Positions 40,587 through 49,836 of a DNA stretch of 64,000 nucleotides are shown here, one piece after another. The translations under genes and the position numbers were made by a program. How positions within the stretch are numbered: position 1 is the first letter of the stretch; each line of letters opens with the position of its first letter. This DNA is from Muribaculaceae bacterium. GTDB lineage: Bacteria > Bacteroidota > Bacteroidia > Bacteroidales > G3-4614. The notes beneath the pieces were generated by a model, which did not search any database, was not told the origin of the DNA, and saw nothing but the letters and a program-made list of their open reading frames with translations. The stretch is from the NCBI GenBank assembly GCA_017546805.1, contig JAFYRT010000032.1, positions 13,574-77,573 on the forward strand, in the 5' to 3' direction.

Positions 40587-42683
40587 ATGAAAACAGTATT
40601 TTTTACGAAAAGAGCATTATCTATAATGCTTTCAATAATACTTATAACAATAACCGTATCTTGTACCGAAGATTATGGACCTCGGATTGAGAAGCTAAAA
40701 GAGGACGTATCAAGCCTTAAAACTTCAGTTGATAAGTTAAAAGAGGCTTACGAGGACGGTAAAATAATAAACAATGTAGAACCTATTACAACAGGCGTAG
40801 GAGGATGGAAAATTACATTCTCAGATAACACTGATATTACTCTACAAAACGGCACCAATGGTATCAATGGCAAAGACGGGGTCAATGGAGAGGACGGATT
40901 AAATGGTACTGACGGAAAGGATGGAATTGACGGAAAGGATGGAATTGACGGAATAACTCCATATGTAAAAATTGACAACAATTGCAATTGGACTGTTTCG
41001 TATGACAACGGAAAAACATATACTCCAATAACAGATGCAGAGGGAAATAGCATAACAGCCAAAGGCATTGACGGAGGAGATGGTATATCGGTAGATATAC
41101 GAGTAAATAATGATGGAAATTACGAAATAATAACCTACGTTGAAAACAAAAGCAATCCTATAACAGTATTGCCTACCCCTTATAGTGCAAACCCTGACAA
41201 TCAAATAACTTCAATTGTTGAGGATAGCGAAAGAGGAATGGTAACCATAACCATGTCGAGTGGCAAACAATACAACTTCGGACAAGCTTTAAATTATCCC
41301 ACAACTATAGTAATCTTAAATGATGAAATTTTAGTTGAAGAAGAAGAGTCTACAGCAGAGATAGAGTTCTATATCAACCCCTCAAATGCGAAAATAACAA
41401 AAGAGGATATCGTAATAAATCAAATAACAATAAAGAACCAACTAAAAAGCTATGCAAATCCAACTCCAAACTATGAAATAATAAGTCTAGAAAGCGTAGC
41501 AAATTCAAAAGGAGAACAATCACCAGGTCACTACAAACTAACCATAAAACAGATAGGAGAAATTGGAGTATATCGTGAAACATGCACATTGGTAATAAGC
41601 AGTAAAGATGCTCAAAACAATAATATTGAGATAACATCAGAAAAGTTTTACCTAACAACACGGATAACACATACTCTTACTGTAATATCCGAAGAAGGTG
41701 GTAATACCAATATTTCAAAAACTCAAGTTGAGCATAATGAACAAGTGACTATTACTGCTACGCCTGAAGATGGATACCGTTTTGTAAGTTGGAGCGTAAA
41801 TGGAGAAAAAGTTAGTTGCATTAATCCTTTCTCAATTAATGTAACCTCAGATGTGGAGGTAGTTGCAAAATTTAAAGAGTTACCCAAACAGCCTTTGAGA
41901 ATTTTAGCTATAGGAAACAGTTGGTCAACCAATGCTACTCAGTATTTAAAAAACATTTTGGTAAACCTAGGTATTGAAGCTACTGTCTACAACGTAGTAA
42001 AGGCAGGTGCTTCATTAAAAGGTTACTACAATAATACCATAAACAATACGAGAGAGTATTTCTGGACAATAAACGGAGTAAGAGATGATAATGATGGGAA
42101 TAAATATTCTATAAGTGAAATATTAGATAAAGGAGAATTTGATATCATTACCATACAACAGGCAAGTGGGGATGGAGGTGCATATAACACATTCCAACCT
42201 TACATAAATAAGTTTATCTCTTTTATCGAAGAGAAGGAACCATACGATCCTATCATATATTTTCATTCTACATGGGCATTCCCGAATCAGTGCGATCATC
42301 CATATCTTGAGAGCAAATATGAAGGCAGTAGTGATGTAATGTATTCATCAATTTTCTCTACATGGAGAAATATTATTAAGGACGAAAATATGGATAAGAT
42401 TATTCCTTCGACATATGCAGTACAGGAAATCAGAAAAATTGAAGGAATTGGAGATATTGACAAACCAGACGGAAGACACCTTTCTCCTATAGGATGTTTT
42501 ACGGTTGGTTGTGTATGGGCTGAAACGTTTATAAGAGACCTTGGTTTAAACAAAACTATTTTTGATTTGACTTACAACCCTGCATCTTTGAGTAGCGAAC
42601 ATTTCAATCTTATAAAGAACATTGTTCATACCGCTGTAGAACGTAGAGGAATAGATTATAATATTTTTAATGCCTTTGAATGA
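40587..42683 (+). CDS. surface lipoprotein with coiled-coil, collagen-like G-X-Y stalk, InlB-B-repeat-like domain and C-terminal DUF4886 (SGNH-hydrolase-like) domain
   Basis: 698 aa with lipobox TVSC followed by an acidic TEDY. The coiled-coil is IEKLKEDVSSLKTSVDKLKEAYE. There are eleven uninterrupted G-X-Y triplets (GTNGINGKDGVNGEDGLNGTDGKDGIDGKDGIDG). An Ig-like repeat follows (TVISEEGGNTNISKTQVEHNEQVTITATPEDGYRFVSWSVNG). The C-terminus starts LRILAIGNSWS, typical of DUF4886. Confidence 0.8.
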   Translation: MKTVFFTKRALSIMLSIILITITVSCTEDYGPRIEKLKEDVSSLKTSVDKLKEAYEDGKIINNVEPITTGVGGWKITFSDNTDITLQNGTNGINGKDGVNGEDGLNGTDGKDGIDGKDGIDGITPYVKIDNNCNWTVSYDNGKTYTPITDAEGNSITAKGIDGGDGISVDIRVNNDGNYEIITYVENKSNPITVLPTPYSANPDNQITSIVEDSERGMVTITMSSGKQYNFGQALNYPTTIVILNDEILVEEEESTAEIEFYINPSNAKITKEDIVINQITIKNQLKSYANPTPNYEIISLESVANSKGEQSPGHYKLTIKQIGEIGVYRETCTLVISSKDAQNNNIEITSEKFYLTTRITHTLTVISEEGGNTNISKTQVEHNEQVTITATPEDGYRFVSWSVNGEKVSCINPFSINVTSDVEVVAKFKELPKQPLRILAIGNSWSTNATQYLKNILVNLGIEATVYNVVKAGASLKGYYNNTINNTREYFWTINGVRDDNDGNKYSISEILDKGEFDIITIQQASGDGGAYNTFQPYINKFISFIEEKEPYDPIIYFHSTWAFPNQCDHPYLESKYEGSSDVMYSSIFSTWRNIIKDENMDKIIPSTYAVQEIRKIEGIGDIDKPDGRHLSPIGCFTVGCVWAETFIRDLGLNKTIFDLTYNPASLSSEHFNLIKNIVHTAVERRGIDYNIFNAFE

Positions 42684-42697
42684 AAATAGCATAATCA

Positions 42698-43801
42698 ATG
42701 AAATATTATAATAGAATATTAACCTTGATAATAATTTTTACTGCTTTATATTTTACATCATGCAGTGAAGATTATGACTATGAAACAGACTACTCAAATG
42801 TTTCGCGTTATATTAGTGTGGTTGCTAATGAAGGAGGAACAGCACAAATATCTAAAACCAAAGTTAATTATAACGGAGAAGTAACCTTTACTGCTACTCC
42901 CGAAGAGAGTTACCGCTTTGTAAATTGGAGTGTCAATGGAGAAAGAATTAGTAGCATTAATCCTTTGGTTATTAACGTTACCTCTGATATGGAAGTGGTT
43001 GCTAAATTCAATAAGAAAATAACTCAACCACTAAAGATATTGGCAATTGGTAATAGCTGGAGCAATAATGCAACTATATATTTAAATGAGATTTTAAAAG
43101 ATTTAGGTGTAGAATCGACAATTTATACTGCCATAAAAGGGAGCGGGAAACTTGAAGATTGCTATTACAATATTCTCAATAATACAAAAGATTATTCCAT
43201 TGTAATAAACGGCAAATATGACAAAGAGTTTGCAAATAGTTACTCAATTAGTGAAATATTAGATATTGACGATTTTGATATTATCACCCTACAACAGCAA
43301 AGCGGAAATGCCGGTATATACAACACGTATCAACCATATTTGAACAGTGTAATTAAGTTTATTGAAAGTAAGGAGACAAATGATCCTATAATATATTTTC
43401 ACTCGACATGGAGTTATCCAAAAGGTTGTAATCATTTCGATTTTAATAAATATAAAAACAATAGTTATATAATGTATTTCTCCATTATGTCTACATGGAG
43501 AAAAGCTATAAAAGATGAAGGGATTGACAAAATTATCCCTTCGACATATACTGTTCAAAAAGTTCGTGAAATTGAAGGAATTTATGATATTGACAAACCC
43601 GACGGAAAACACCTCTCATCGAATGGATGTTTTGCTGTTGGTTGTGTATGGGCTGAAACTTTTATACGAGAACTTGGTTTAAACAAAACTATTTTTGAGT
43701 TGAATTACAATCCTACATCGTTAAGCAACTCACATTTCAATCTTATAAAAAACATTGCCTTTACTGCCGTAGAACGTAGAGAAATAGATTATGGGATTTA
43801 A
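42698..43801 (+). CDS. lipoprotein with InlB-B-repeat-like domain and DUF4886 (SGNH-hydrolase-like) domain; tandem paralog of the C-terminal half of the preceding gene
   Basis: 367 aa with lipobox FTSC followed by an acidic SEDYDYETDY. It aligns along its whole length with residues ~360-698 of the upstream protein, including LKILAIGNSWS and GCFAVGCVWAETFIRELGLNKTIF. Confidence 0.8.
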   Translation: MKYYNRILTLIIIFTALYFTSCSEDYDYETDYSNVSRYISVVANEGGTAQISKTKVNYNGEVTFTATPEESYRFVNWSVNGERISSINPLVINVTSDMEVVAKFNKKITQPLKILAIGNSWSNNATIYLNEILKDLGVESTIYTAIKGSGKLEDCYYNILNNTKDYSIVINGKYDKEFANSYSISEILDIDDFDIITLQQQSGNAGIYNTYQPYLNSVIKFIESKETNDPIIYFHSTWSYPKGCNHFDFNKYKNNSYIMYFSIMSTWRKAIKDEGIDKIIPSTYTVQKVREIEGIYDIDKPDGKHLSSNGCFAVGCVWAETFIRELGLNKTIFELNYNPTSLSNSHFNLIKNIAFTAVERREIDYGI

Positions 43802-43863
43802 TTTCTAAAATTGAAATGAAAAGGATTATGCATACTCCTTTTATCTTAAAAATTTGATAGCTA

Positions 43864-43978
43864 ACGCTTCGCTTAGTTTTTAGTTGTTGGTTGTTAGTTG
43901 TTAGTTGTTAGAAAAGAGCGGAAGACCATACGGACTTCCGCTTTATCTCAGAGCTTTATTAGAAAGGTTTAGATACAA
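43864..43978. repeat. intergenic direct repeat, copy A (heptad tract plus hairpin)
   Basis: The unit reads acgcttcgcttagtt, then (TAGTTGT)-like x5 at 43874-43911, then hairpin agcggaag/cttccgct at 43917-43942, then ttatct..gag.ttt..agaa...atacaa. It is homologous to copy B. Confidence 0.7.
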
Positions 43979-44011
43979 CTAACTTGGTGGAGAAAACGAC
44001 GGGAGCAATTG

Positions 44012-44116
44012 ACGCTTCGCTTAGTTGTTAGTTACCAGTTATTAGGCACAAAAATAAGCGGAAGACCTTGGTCCTCCGCTTTATCTTTGAGGTTTGTCAG
44101 AATGGGTAAAATACAA
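44012..44116. repeat. intergenic direct repeat, copy B (degenerate heptads plus hairpin)
   Basis: Same architecture as copy A, with hairpin agcggaagacc/ggtcctccgct at 44057-44080. On the minus strand the hairpin is followed by TTATTTTT, so it probably serves as the pgk terminator. Confidence 0.7.
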
Positions 44117-44212
44117 GTTAATGAGATTTTGAATGAAGCGAGCATACTAACGTATGTGAGCAAATTCAAAATTGATAGTAACGATGTAGTTTGCCCGTTA
44201 TCACAAACCGAA

Positions 44213-45463
44213 TTAGCCTTTGATAGCCTTAATACCTGGCAAAACCTTACCCTCAATAGCCTCTAACAAAGCACCACCACCTGTTGATACATAAGATACT
44301 TTGTCAGCCAAACCGAATTTGTTTACACAAGCAACTGAGTCTCCACCACCTACTAGTGAGAATGCTCCGTTCTCTGTAGCCTCAACGATTGCGTCAGCTA
44401 TTGCACGTGAACCAGCTGTGAAGTTATCGAACTCGAATACTCCTGCAGGACCGTTCCAAAGAATTGTTTTTGCATCTTTGATTGCGTTTGCGAACAATAC
44501 ACGAGTATCAGGACCTGCATCAAGACCTTCCCATCCTTCAGGAATTGCTCCAACAGGAACGATTTGAGTGTTTGCATCGTTGCTGAATGAGTCAGCACAT
44601 ACGCAGTCTGTTCCAAGTACAAGGTTTACTCCTTTTTCTTTTGCTTTTGCCATGATATTTAGAGCAAGGTCAAGTTTATCTGTCTCGCAGATTGAAACTC
44701 CTACTTCTCCACCCATTGCTTTAGCAAATGTATATGTCATACCACCGCAAAGGATTAGGTTATCTACTTTGTCCATCAAGTTCTCGATGATACCGATTTT
44801 TGTAGATACTTTTGATCCTCCCATGATTGCAGTGAAAGGACGTTTGATATTATTAAGTACGTTCTCAACAGCGTTTACCTCTTTTTCCATTAGGTAACCC
44901 AACATTTTGTTATCTGCATCGAAGTAGTCAGCGATAACTGCTGTTGAAGCGTGTTTACGGTGTGCTGTTCCGAAAGCGTCGTTTACATAAGCATCAGCAT
45001 AGCTTGCAAGTGTTTTTGCAAACTCTTTTTGGCTTGCTTTCATTGCCTCTTTTGCCTCTGCATATGCTGGATCTTCTTTATCAATTCCTACAGGTTTTCC
45101 CTCCTCCTCTGGATAGAAACGAAGGTTCTCAAGCAATAGAACTTCGCCTGGTTTAAGTGCTGCTGCAGCCTCTGCTGCTTTTGCACAGTCAGGTGCAAAT
45201 TGTACTTCAACACCAAGTTTCTCTGCTACTACATCTTTGATTTGTCCTAAAGAGTATTTAGCATTTACTTTTCCTTTGGGTTTACCCATGTGTGACATGA
45301 TGATTAATGAACCACCGTCAGCAAGAATTTTTTTAAGTGTAGGAAGTGCTCCGCGAATACGAGTATCGTCAGTAACTTTTCCATTCTCATCAAGAGGTAC
45401 ATTAAAGTCAACGCGAACGATTGCTTTTTTACCTGCAAAATTGTAATTGTCGATTGTTTGCAT
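44213..45463 (-). CDS. pgk: phosphoglycerate kinase
   Basis: 416 aa with the N-terminal signature RVDFNVP and the C-terminal nucleotide-binding region GGGDS...STGGGA. Confidence 0.95.
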   Translation of the reverse strand: MQTIDNYNFAGKKAIVRVDFNVPLDENGKVTDDTRIRGALPTLKKILADGGSLIIMSHMGKPKGKVNAKYSLGQIKDVVAEKLGVEVQFAPDCAKAAEAAAALKPGEVLLLENLRFYPEEEGKPVGIDKEDPAYAEAKEAMKASQKEFAKTLASYADAYVNDAFGTAHRKHASTAVIADYFDADNKMLGYLMEKEVNAVENVLNNIKRPFTAIMGGSKVSTKIGIIENLMDKVDNLILCGGMTYTFAKAMGGEVGVSICETDKLDLALNIMAKAKEKGVNLVLGTDCVCADSFSNDANTQIVPVGAIPEGWEGLDAGPDTRVLFANAIKDAKTILWNGPAGVFEFDNFTAGSRAIADAIVEATENGAFSLVGGGDSVACVNKFGLADKVSYVSTGGGALLEAIEGKVLPGIKAIKG

Positions 45464-45553
45464 AGTTTTTTATTTTAATTTGGTTATAGTTTCATTTATA
45501 TGAGTGCGAAGTTAATAAAAATATTCTGGATTTCAATATTAAACGTAGTTTAA

Positions 45554-47590
45554 TTATGGTATTATTCGTCTATCGGGCGAATATATGAGTGCTTCTATTG
45601 CATCTTGTCCATTGAGTGTTGTAAATACAAAGGCATACATCCATTTTACCAATCGCACTTGGTGGGTATTGAATGTGCCTACGGGCAGTTTTATAAACAC
45701 TTTGTTCCACCCTTTGTTTAACTGCACAGGTATTGGAGTACGCGATACCATGTTTTCGTTTTTGAGTGTTATTTCGTTACTCTTTTCGGTATGTGTATTT
45801 TCCCAAACAGGTGCAGATATTTCTACGTCATTTAGCCATATTCTACTGCCCTTATAATCCCATGCTCCTTGTGGTGCAGGCAAATCTTTTTCGGAACGGC
45901 TATAGTTTTGAAACTCTATCATTGCTCCCACTGTTTGCTCTTTGGGTGAATATACGTAGGTATAGGCATATGCCGTATGATTTTCTTGTGGTGCAGAATA
46001 GAATGCAGGTACTAATGTTCCCCATACGTGACGAAGATATACCGACCCTCCTACTGCTTGTTTTACGTTGTAGGTTTGTCCGTTATATGAATATGATTCA
46101 GCTATTGCGTTTTCTGGTGGGAATGATGCTGTTAACTCTCCGTTATTTGGGAAAGCGTCTGTTATATTCCAACGTATGTTTGTTTGCTTTACATACGGTA
46201 TTGGTTCGCCTTTAAGATAGTTTGCTTTGTGGTACAAGAAACGTTTTTCCCAATCTTTATATTCGTAATCATCTGCTTGGGTTCTTACTCCTATCTCATC
46301 GAAATATCCTTTTCCGCCACCCAACCAAGCTCGCTCTGCCATTGCTAATGTTGATGCCCACACTTGGTTTTGTGATATTATCTCTTTGTCGTCAGACAAC
46401 AACCTATCATTCCAAAAAGCAAGTATTACTCCTGCATATTGGTCACTACCCTCTGTTTGACGTGCTATGGTTGAGTGATATAGCGACACGATATCGGCAA
46501 AGTTATCGAAATGGTTGGTGTAGTGAAAACGACAGTCGATTGTTGGAACTCCTTCGGTTGGTTTTCCTGCATAGCTCCACATCTGTGTCATATCTATTTC
46601 TGAGGATGAATAGTGATACCCGGGATTCCACGATACTACTTTTTTGCCTTGCGCTCGTATATGAGAAACCATCACGGGTACAAAATCTGTCCAATCGAGT
46701 GTACCTCGGTCTTCGTCGCGAAGTTCATCTGTTCCTATGTGCATCCACTCTGTTCCTTCGAATGTTTGGCATGCCTCGGTCATTATTTCTCTCATCTCGG
46801 CAACTCCTTCGGATGTTAACATACTATGTCCCATTGCTTTGCGATATGCTAAACTATGCCCGGGCATATCAATTTCGGGAATAATGGTTACTCCATGTTG
46901 ATTTGCCAATTTTACAAGTTCCTTGGCTTGCGAGATTGTATAATATCTTCCGTGTAATCGTGTATAACTGCTATCGGCATTTAGTTGTGGATATACTCTA
47001 CTCTCCAAACGCCATCCTTGATTATCAGTTAGGTGCCAATGGAATGTGTTTACTTTAAAACGTGACATTTTAATTATCTCGTTTTTAAGTTCTTCAAACT
47101 CTATGTAACTGCGACCTACATCGTGCATATAGCCTCTTATTCTGAACGAGGGCCAATCGGTTATTTCACATGCAGGTATCTCTCCATTCATACCCTCTGC
47201 CAATTGCCATAGTGTTTGAACAGCCCAATATGCTCCTCGCAAAGTTTTGGCATTTATAGTAATTTTTGAGTTGGAAACTACAAGGTTATATGCCTCATCT
47301 TGAAACTCTGCACCTTTTACCTCGTCTACAAGATTTACAACTATCTCTCGCTCACTACGATTGCATATAGTTCCGCCATATGTTTTTACAAGAGTGTGTA
47401 ACTGTTTATCTACCGCAGGCTCGTTTTCTGTGATTGTTGGCAACATCAATTTTACCTCATAAAAAATTGCAAACTTCTCACTATTCGAGAAGTTTGCAAT
47501 CTGTGGTTTTGGTAAAAGATGTTCCTCTGATGCTCTTATTGAGAATACATATGATACTATCAATAAAAGGGAAAGGATTATCTTTCTCAT
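45554..47590 (-). CDS. beta-N-acetylhexosaminidase (GH20)
   Basis: 678 aa with a signal peptide and the GH20 catalytic-domain motifs FHWHLTDNQGWR and HIGTDE (the D-E pair). Confidence 0.88.
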   Translation of the reverse strand: MRKIILSLLLIVSYVFSIRASEEHLLPKPQIANFSNSEKFAIFYEVKLMLPTITENEPAVDKQLHTLVKTYGGTICNRSEREIVVNLVDEVKGAEFQDEAYNLVVSNSKITINAKTLRGAYWAVQTLWQLAEGMNGEIPACEITDWPSFRIRGYMHDVGRSYIEFEELKNEIIKMSRFKVNTFHWHLTDNQGWRLESRVYPQLNADSSYTRLHGRYYTISQAKELVKLANQHGVTIIPEIDMPGHSLAYRKAMGHSMLTSEGVAEMREIMTEACQTFEGTEWMHIGTDELRDEDRGTLDWTDFVPVMVSHIRAQGKKVVSWNPGYHYSSSEIDMTQMWSYAGKPTEGVPTIDCRFHYTNHFDNFADIVSLYHSTIARQTEGSDQYAGVILAFWNDRLLSDDKEIISQNQVWASTLAMAERAWLGGGKGYFDEIGVRTQADDYEYKDWEKRFLYHKANYLKGEPIPYVKQTNIRWNITDAFPNNGELTASFPPENAIAESYSYNGQTYNVKQAVGGSVYLRHVWGTLVPAFYSAPQENHTAYAYTYVYSPKEQTVGAMIEFQNYSRSEKDLPAPQGAWDYKGSRIWLNDVEISAPVWENTHTEKSNEITLKNENMVSRTPIPVQLNKGWNKVFIKLPVGTFNTHQVRLVKWMYAFVFTTLNGQDAIEALIYSPDRRIIP

Positions 47591-47608
47591 TATAAAATTA
47601 TTATAGTC

Positions 47609-48439
47609 TTATACTATTCCTCTTTCTTTCAAAATCTCTTCCATCTCTTTTTGAACCTCAGCTGCTGCTTGTGCTGCTGCCTCGGCAAAGTCCTCGCCTT
47701 TTGATACGTAAATTACGCCACGAGATGAGTTTACCAATAGTCCGCAATCATCAATCATTCCGTATTTACATACGTCTTGAAGGCTTCCTCCTTGCGCTCC
47801 TACTCCTGGAACCAATAGGAATGATTGGGGTGCTACTTTACGCACGTCTGTGAAACGTTCACCTTGTGTTGCTCCAACCACGAACATCATCTCTTCGGGT
47901 GTTGCCCATGTTTGTGCTGTACGCATAACTCTCTCAAATAGTTGCTCTCCCTCTGTATCTTTTATCATTTGGAAATCGTGCGATCCTTTGTTTGATGTCA
48001 ATGCAAGAAGGATTACCCATTTGCCTTCGTAACCTAAGAATGGTTTTACGCTATCCTCTCCCATGTAAGGCGCTACGGTTACAGAGTCGATATTTAGATG
48101 ATCAAAGAACGAACGTGCATACATCTCTGATGTGTTACCAATATCGCCTCGTTTTGCATCGGCAATGATAAACATATCTGGATAGTTTGTTTGGATGTAT
48201 TTTACTGTTTTTTCAAATGCTATCCATCCCTCTACTCCTAAACTTTCGTAAAACGCCAAATTTGGTTTGTATGCTACGCAATATTGTGCTGTTGCATCAA
48301 TTATTGCTTTGTTAAACGCAAATATAGGCTCCTCCTCTGCTAATAGGTGTTGAGGAATTTTTTTAATGTCTGTGTCAAGACCTACGCACAAAAACGAGCG
48401 TTTACGTTTAATGTTCTCAAAAAGTTCTTTACGTGTCAT
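47609..48439 (-). CDS. pyrF: orotidine 5'-phosphate decarboxylase (type 2)
   Basis: 276 aa with motifs VGLDT and [12 protein letters not shown], characteristic of the long-form OMP decarboxylase. Confidence 0.9.
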   Translation of the reverse strand: MTRKELFENIKRKRSFLCVGLDTDIKKIPQHLLAEEEPIFAFNKAIIDATAQYCVAYKPNLAFYESLGVEGWIAFEKTVKYIQTNYPDMFIIADAKRGDIGNTSEMYARSFFDHLNIDSVTVAPYMGEDSVKPFLGYEGKWVILLALTSNKGSHDFQMIKDTEGEQLFERVMRTAQTWATPEEMMFVVGATQGERFTDVRKVAPQSFLLVPGVGAQGGSLQDVCKYGMIDDCGLLVNSSRGVIYVSKGEDFAEAAAQAAAEVQKEMEEILKERGIV

Positions 48440-48459
48440 ATTTTTAGTTGCTTTGCAAC

Positions 48460-48485
48460 AATTAGGAATTAGAAATTAGGAATTA
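48460..48485. repeat. 7-nt periodic tract (AATTAGG/AATTAGA) immediately upstream of pyrF
   Basis: aattagg aattaga aattagg aatta. In the pyrF sense orientation it reads TAATTCC TAATTTC TAATTCC TAATT. Confidence 0.7.
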
Positions 48486-48562
48486 TGCGATTTAGCGAAT
48501 ACAATACCAAACTTGTTTGAGCATTGTTGAGCGTAAGCATATTCAACAAGCGAAAGCTTGTT

Positions 48563-48630
48563 AATTAGAAATTATATAACAATTACTAAAACTAATTACT
48601 CATTACTAATTGCTAATTACTAATTAATTA
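48563..48630. repeat. 7-nt periodic tract (ATTACTA-like) abutting the prfA stop codon
   Basis: About nine units with period 7 (attacta attgcta attacta attaatt ...). In the sense orientation it reads TAATTAG x several. It overlaps the prfA stop codon at 48628-48630. Confidence 0.7.
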
Positions 48631-49737
48631 TAGTTCACTCTCTTTTAGTCTCTCTGCATTTTCAGCAATCATTAGGTTGTCGATGCAATCTTGAATATCT
48701 CCATCCATAAATGCTGAAAGGTTGTAAATGGTATAGTTGATACGGTGATCGGTTATACGTCCTTGTGGATAGTTGTAGGTTCGTATTTTTGCCGAACGGT
48801 CTCCTGTTGATACCATTGTTTTACGTTTGCTTGATATATCGTCGATATATTTTTGATGCTCTTTGTCGTAAATGAATGTTCGCAAACGAGCCAATGCTCT
48901 CTCTTTGTTTTTGGGTTGGTCACGAGTTTCGGTACACTCAATCAAAATCTCCTCTGTTTCGCCTGTATTGGGATTTTTCCACATATAACGCAAACGTACT
49001 CCTGACTCTACTTTGTTTACGTTCTGTCCTCCTGCTCCACCCGAACGGAATGTATCCCATTTGATTTCGCCTTCGTTGATTTCAACATCGAATTGCTCTG
49101 CCTCAGGCAATACTGCTACTGATGCTGCCGATGTATGAACACGTCCTTGTGTTTCGGTTACAGGTACGCGTTGCACACGGTGTACTCCTGATTCGTATTT
49201 TAGTGTTCCGTATACTTTCTCTCCCGATACCGAGCAAATTATCTCTTTAAATCCACCACTTGATCCTTCACTGACGCTTGACACCTCTAATCTCCATCCT
49301 TTAGTCTCGCAATATTTAGAGTACATTCTGAATAGGTCTCCTGCAAAGATTGCAGCCTCGTCTCCTCCTGTTCCTCCACGAATTTCAAGAATTGCATTTT
49401 TGTCATCTTGTGGGTCTCCTGGTACAAGAAGTAGTTTTATCTTCTCCTCTATTTCGGGCAATGCACTATTGTTCAAGTCCAACTCCTCTTTTGCCATTTC
49501 GCGCATTTCAGGGTCAGACTCGTTTTCCAATATATCCTTTGCCTCGGCTATCGTATTTAAACAGCCTTCATACTCTTTTTTTGCCTCAACTATTTTCTCA
49601 AGGTCTTTATACTCTTTTGTGAGTTTTACATATCTCCTTTGGTCTGCAATTGTCTCTGGGTCTGTTATAAGAGTTGCCACTTCGTCGAAACGAAATTGCA
49701 GCGTTTCTAATTTATCAAGCAATGAATTGTTACTCAT
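48628..49737 (-). CDS. prfA: peptide chain release factor 1
   Basis: 369 aa with the GGQ motif SGGAGGQNVNKVES and the RF1-type P-x-T tripeptide (PVT). Confidence 0.95.
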   Translation of the reverse strand: MSNNSLLDKLETLQFRFDEVATLITDPETIADQRRYVKLTKEYKDLEKIVEAKKEYEGCLNTIAEAKDILENESDPEMREMAKEELDLNNSALPEIEEKIKLLLVPGDPQDDKNAILEIRGGTGGDEAAIFAGDLFRMYSKYCETKGWRLEVSSVSEGSSGGFKEIICSVSGEKVYGTLKYESGVHRVQRVPVTETQGRVHTSAASVAVLPEAEQFDVEINEGEIKWDTFRSGGAGGQNVNKVESGVRLRYMWKNPNTGETEEILIECTETRDQPKNKERALARLRTFIYDKEHQKYIDDISSKRKTMVSTGDRSAKIRTYNYPQGRITDHRINYTIYNLSAFMDGDIQDCIDNLMIAENAERLKESEL

Positions 49738-49774
49738 AGTTTTTTATATGATTTTCTAGTCTGCAAAGATACTG

Positions 49775-49819
49775 AAAAAAAAGTGAGCAACAAAGTTTTT
49801 ATCACTTTGGTTACTCACT
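49775..49819 (-). terminator. intrinsic terminator ending the aromatic amino-acid operon
   Basis: Minus strand: agtgagtaaccaaagt ... actttgttgctcact followed by T8. A TATCTTTG -7 box for prfA follows it. Confidence 0.8.
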
Positions 49820-49836
49820 TTCTTTTATTTAAAGCT

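Noticed and set aside
40850-40960. The collagen-like G-X-Y tract, considered as evidence of a prophage tail-fibre gene.
   Set aside because: No phage structural, integrase or lysis genes are nearby. The protein has a lipoprotein signal, and its domain order matches Bacteroidales surface proteins.
43874-43911. The heptad tracts here and at 48460-48630 and 59467-59503, considered as a possible CRISPR array or phase-variable simple-sequence repeat.
   Set aside because: A 7-nt period without spacers is not CRISPR, and no cas genes are present. The units are imperfect, so slipped-strand phase variation is unlikely. I kept them as a periodic-repeat finding instead.
43985-44000. The 9-mer gaaaacgac, shared with the conserved 5' element of the candidate RNAs at 3904-3921 and 4137-4154.
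   Set aside because: A single 9-nt match on either strand in 64 kb is about what chance predicts, and the flanking bases do not match.
44009-44266. 85-aa (+) and 74-aa (-) ORFs in the repeat region before pgk.
   Set aside because: Both run through the heptad tract and hairpin of repeat copy B and into the pgk 3' end. They show no coding-like composition.
46222-46884. 220-aa plus-strand ORF antisense to the GH20 gene.
   Set aside because: It overlaps a well-supported hexosaminidase gene. The translation is Leu/Arg/Ser-rich with no recognisable domain.
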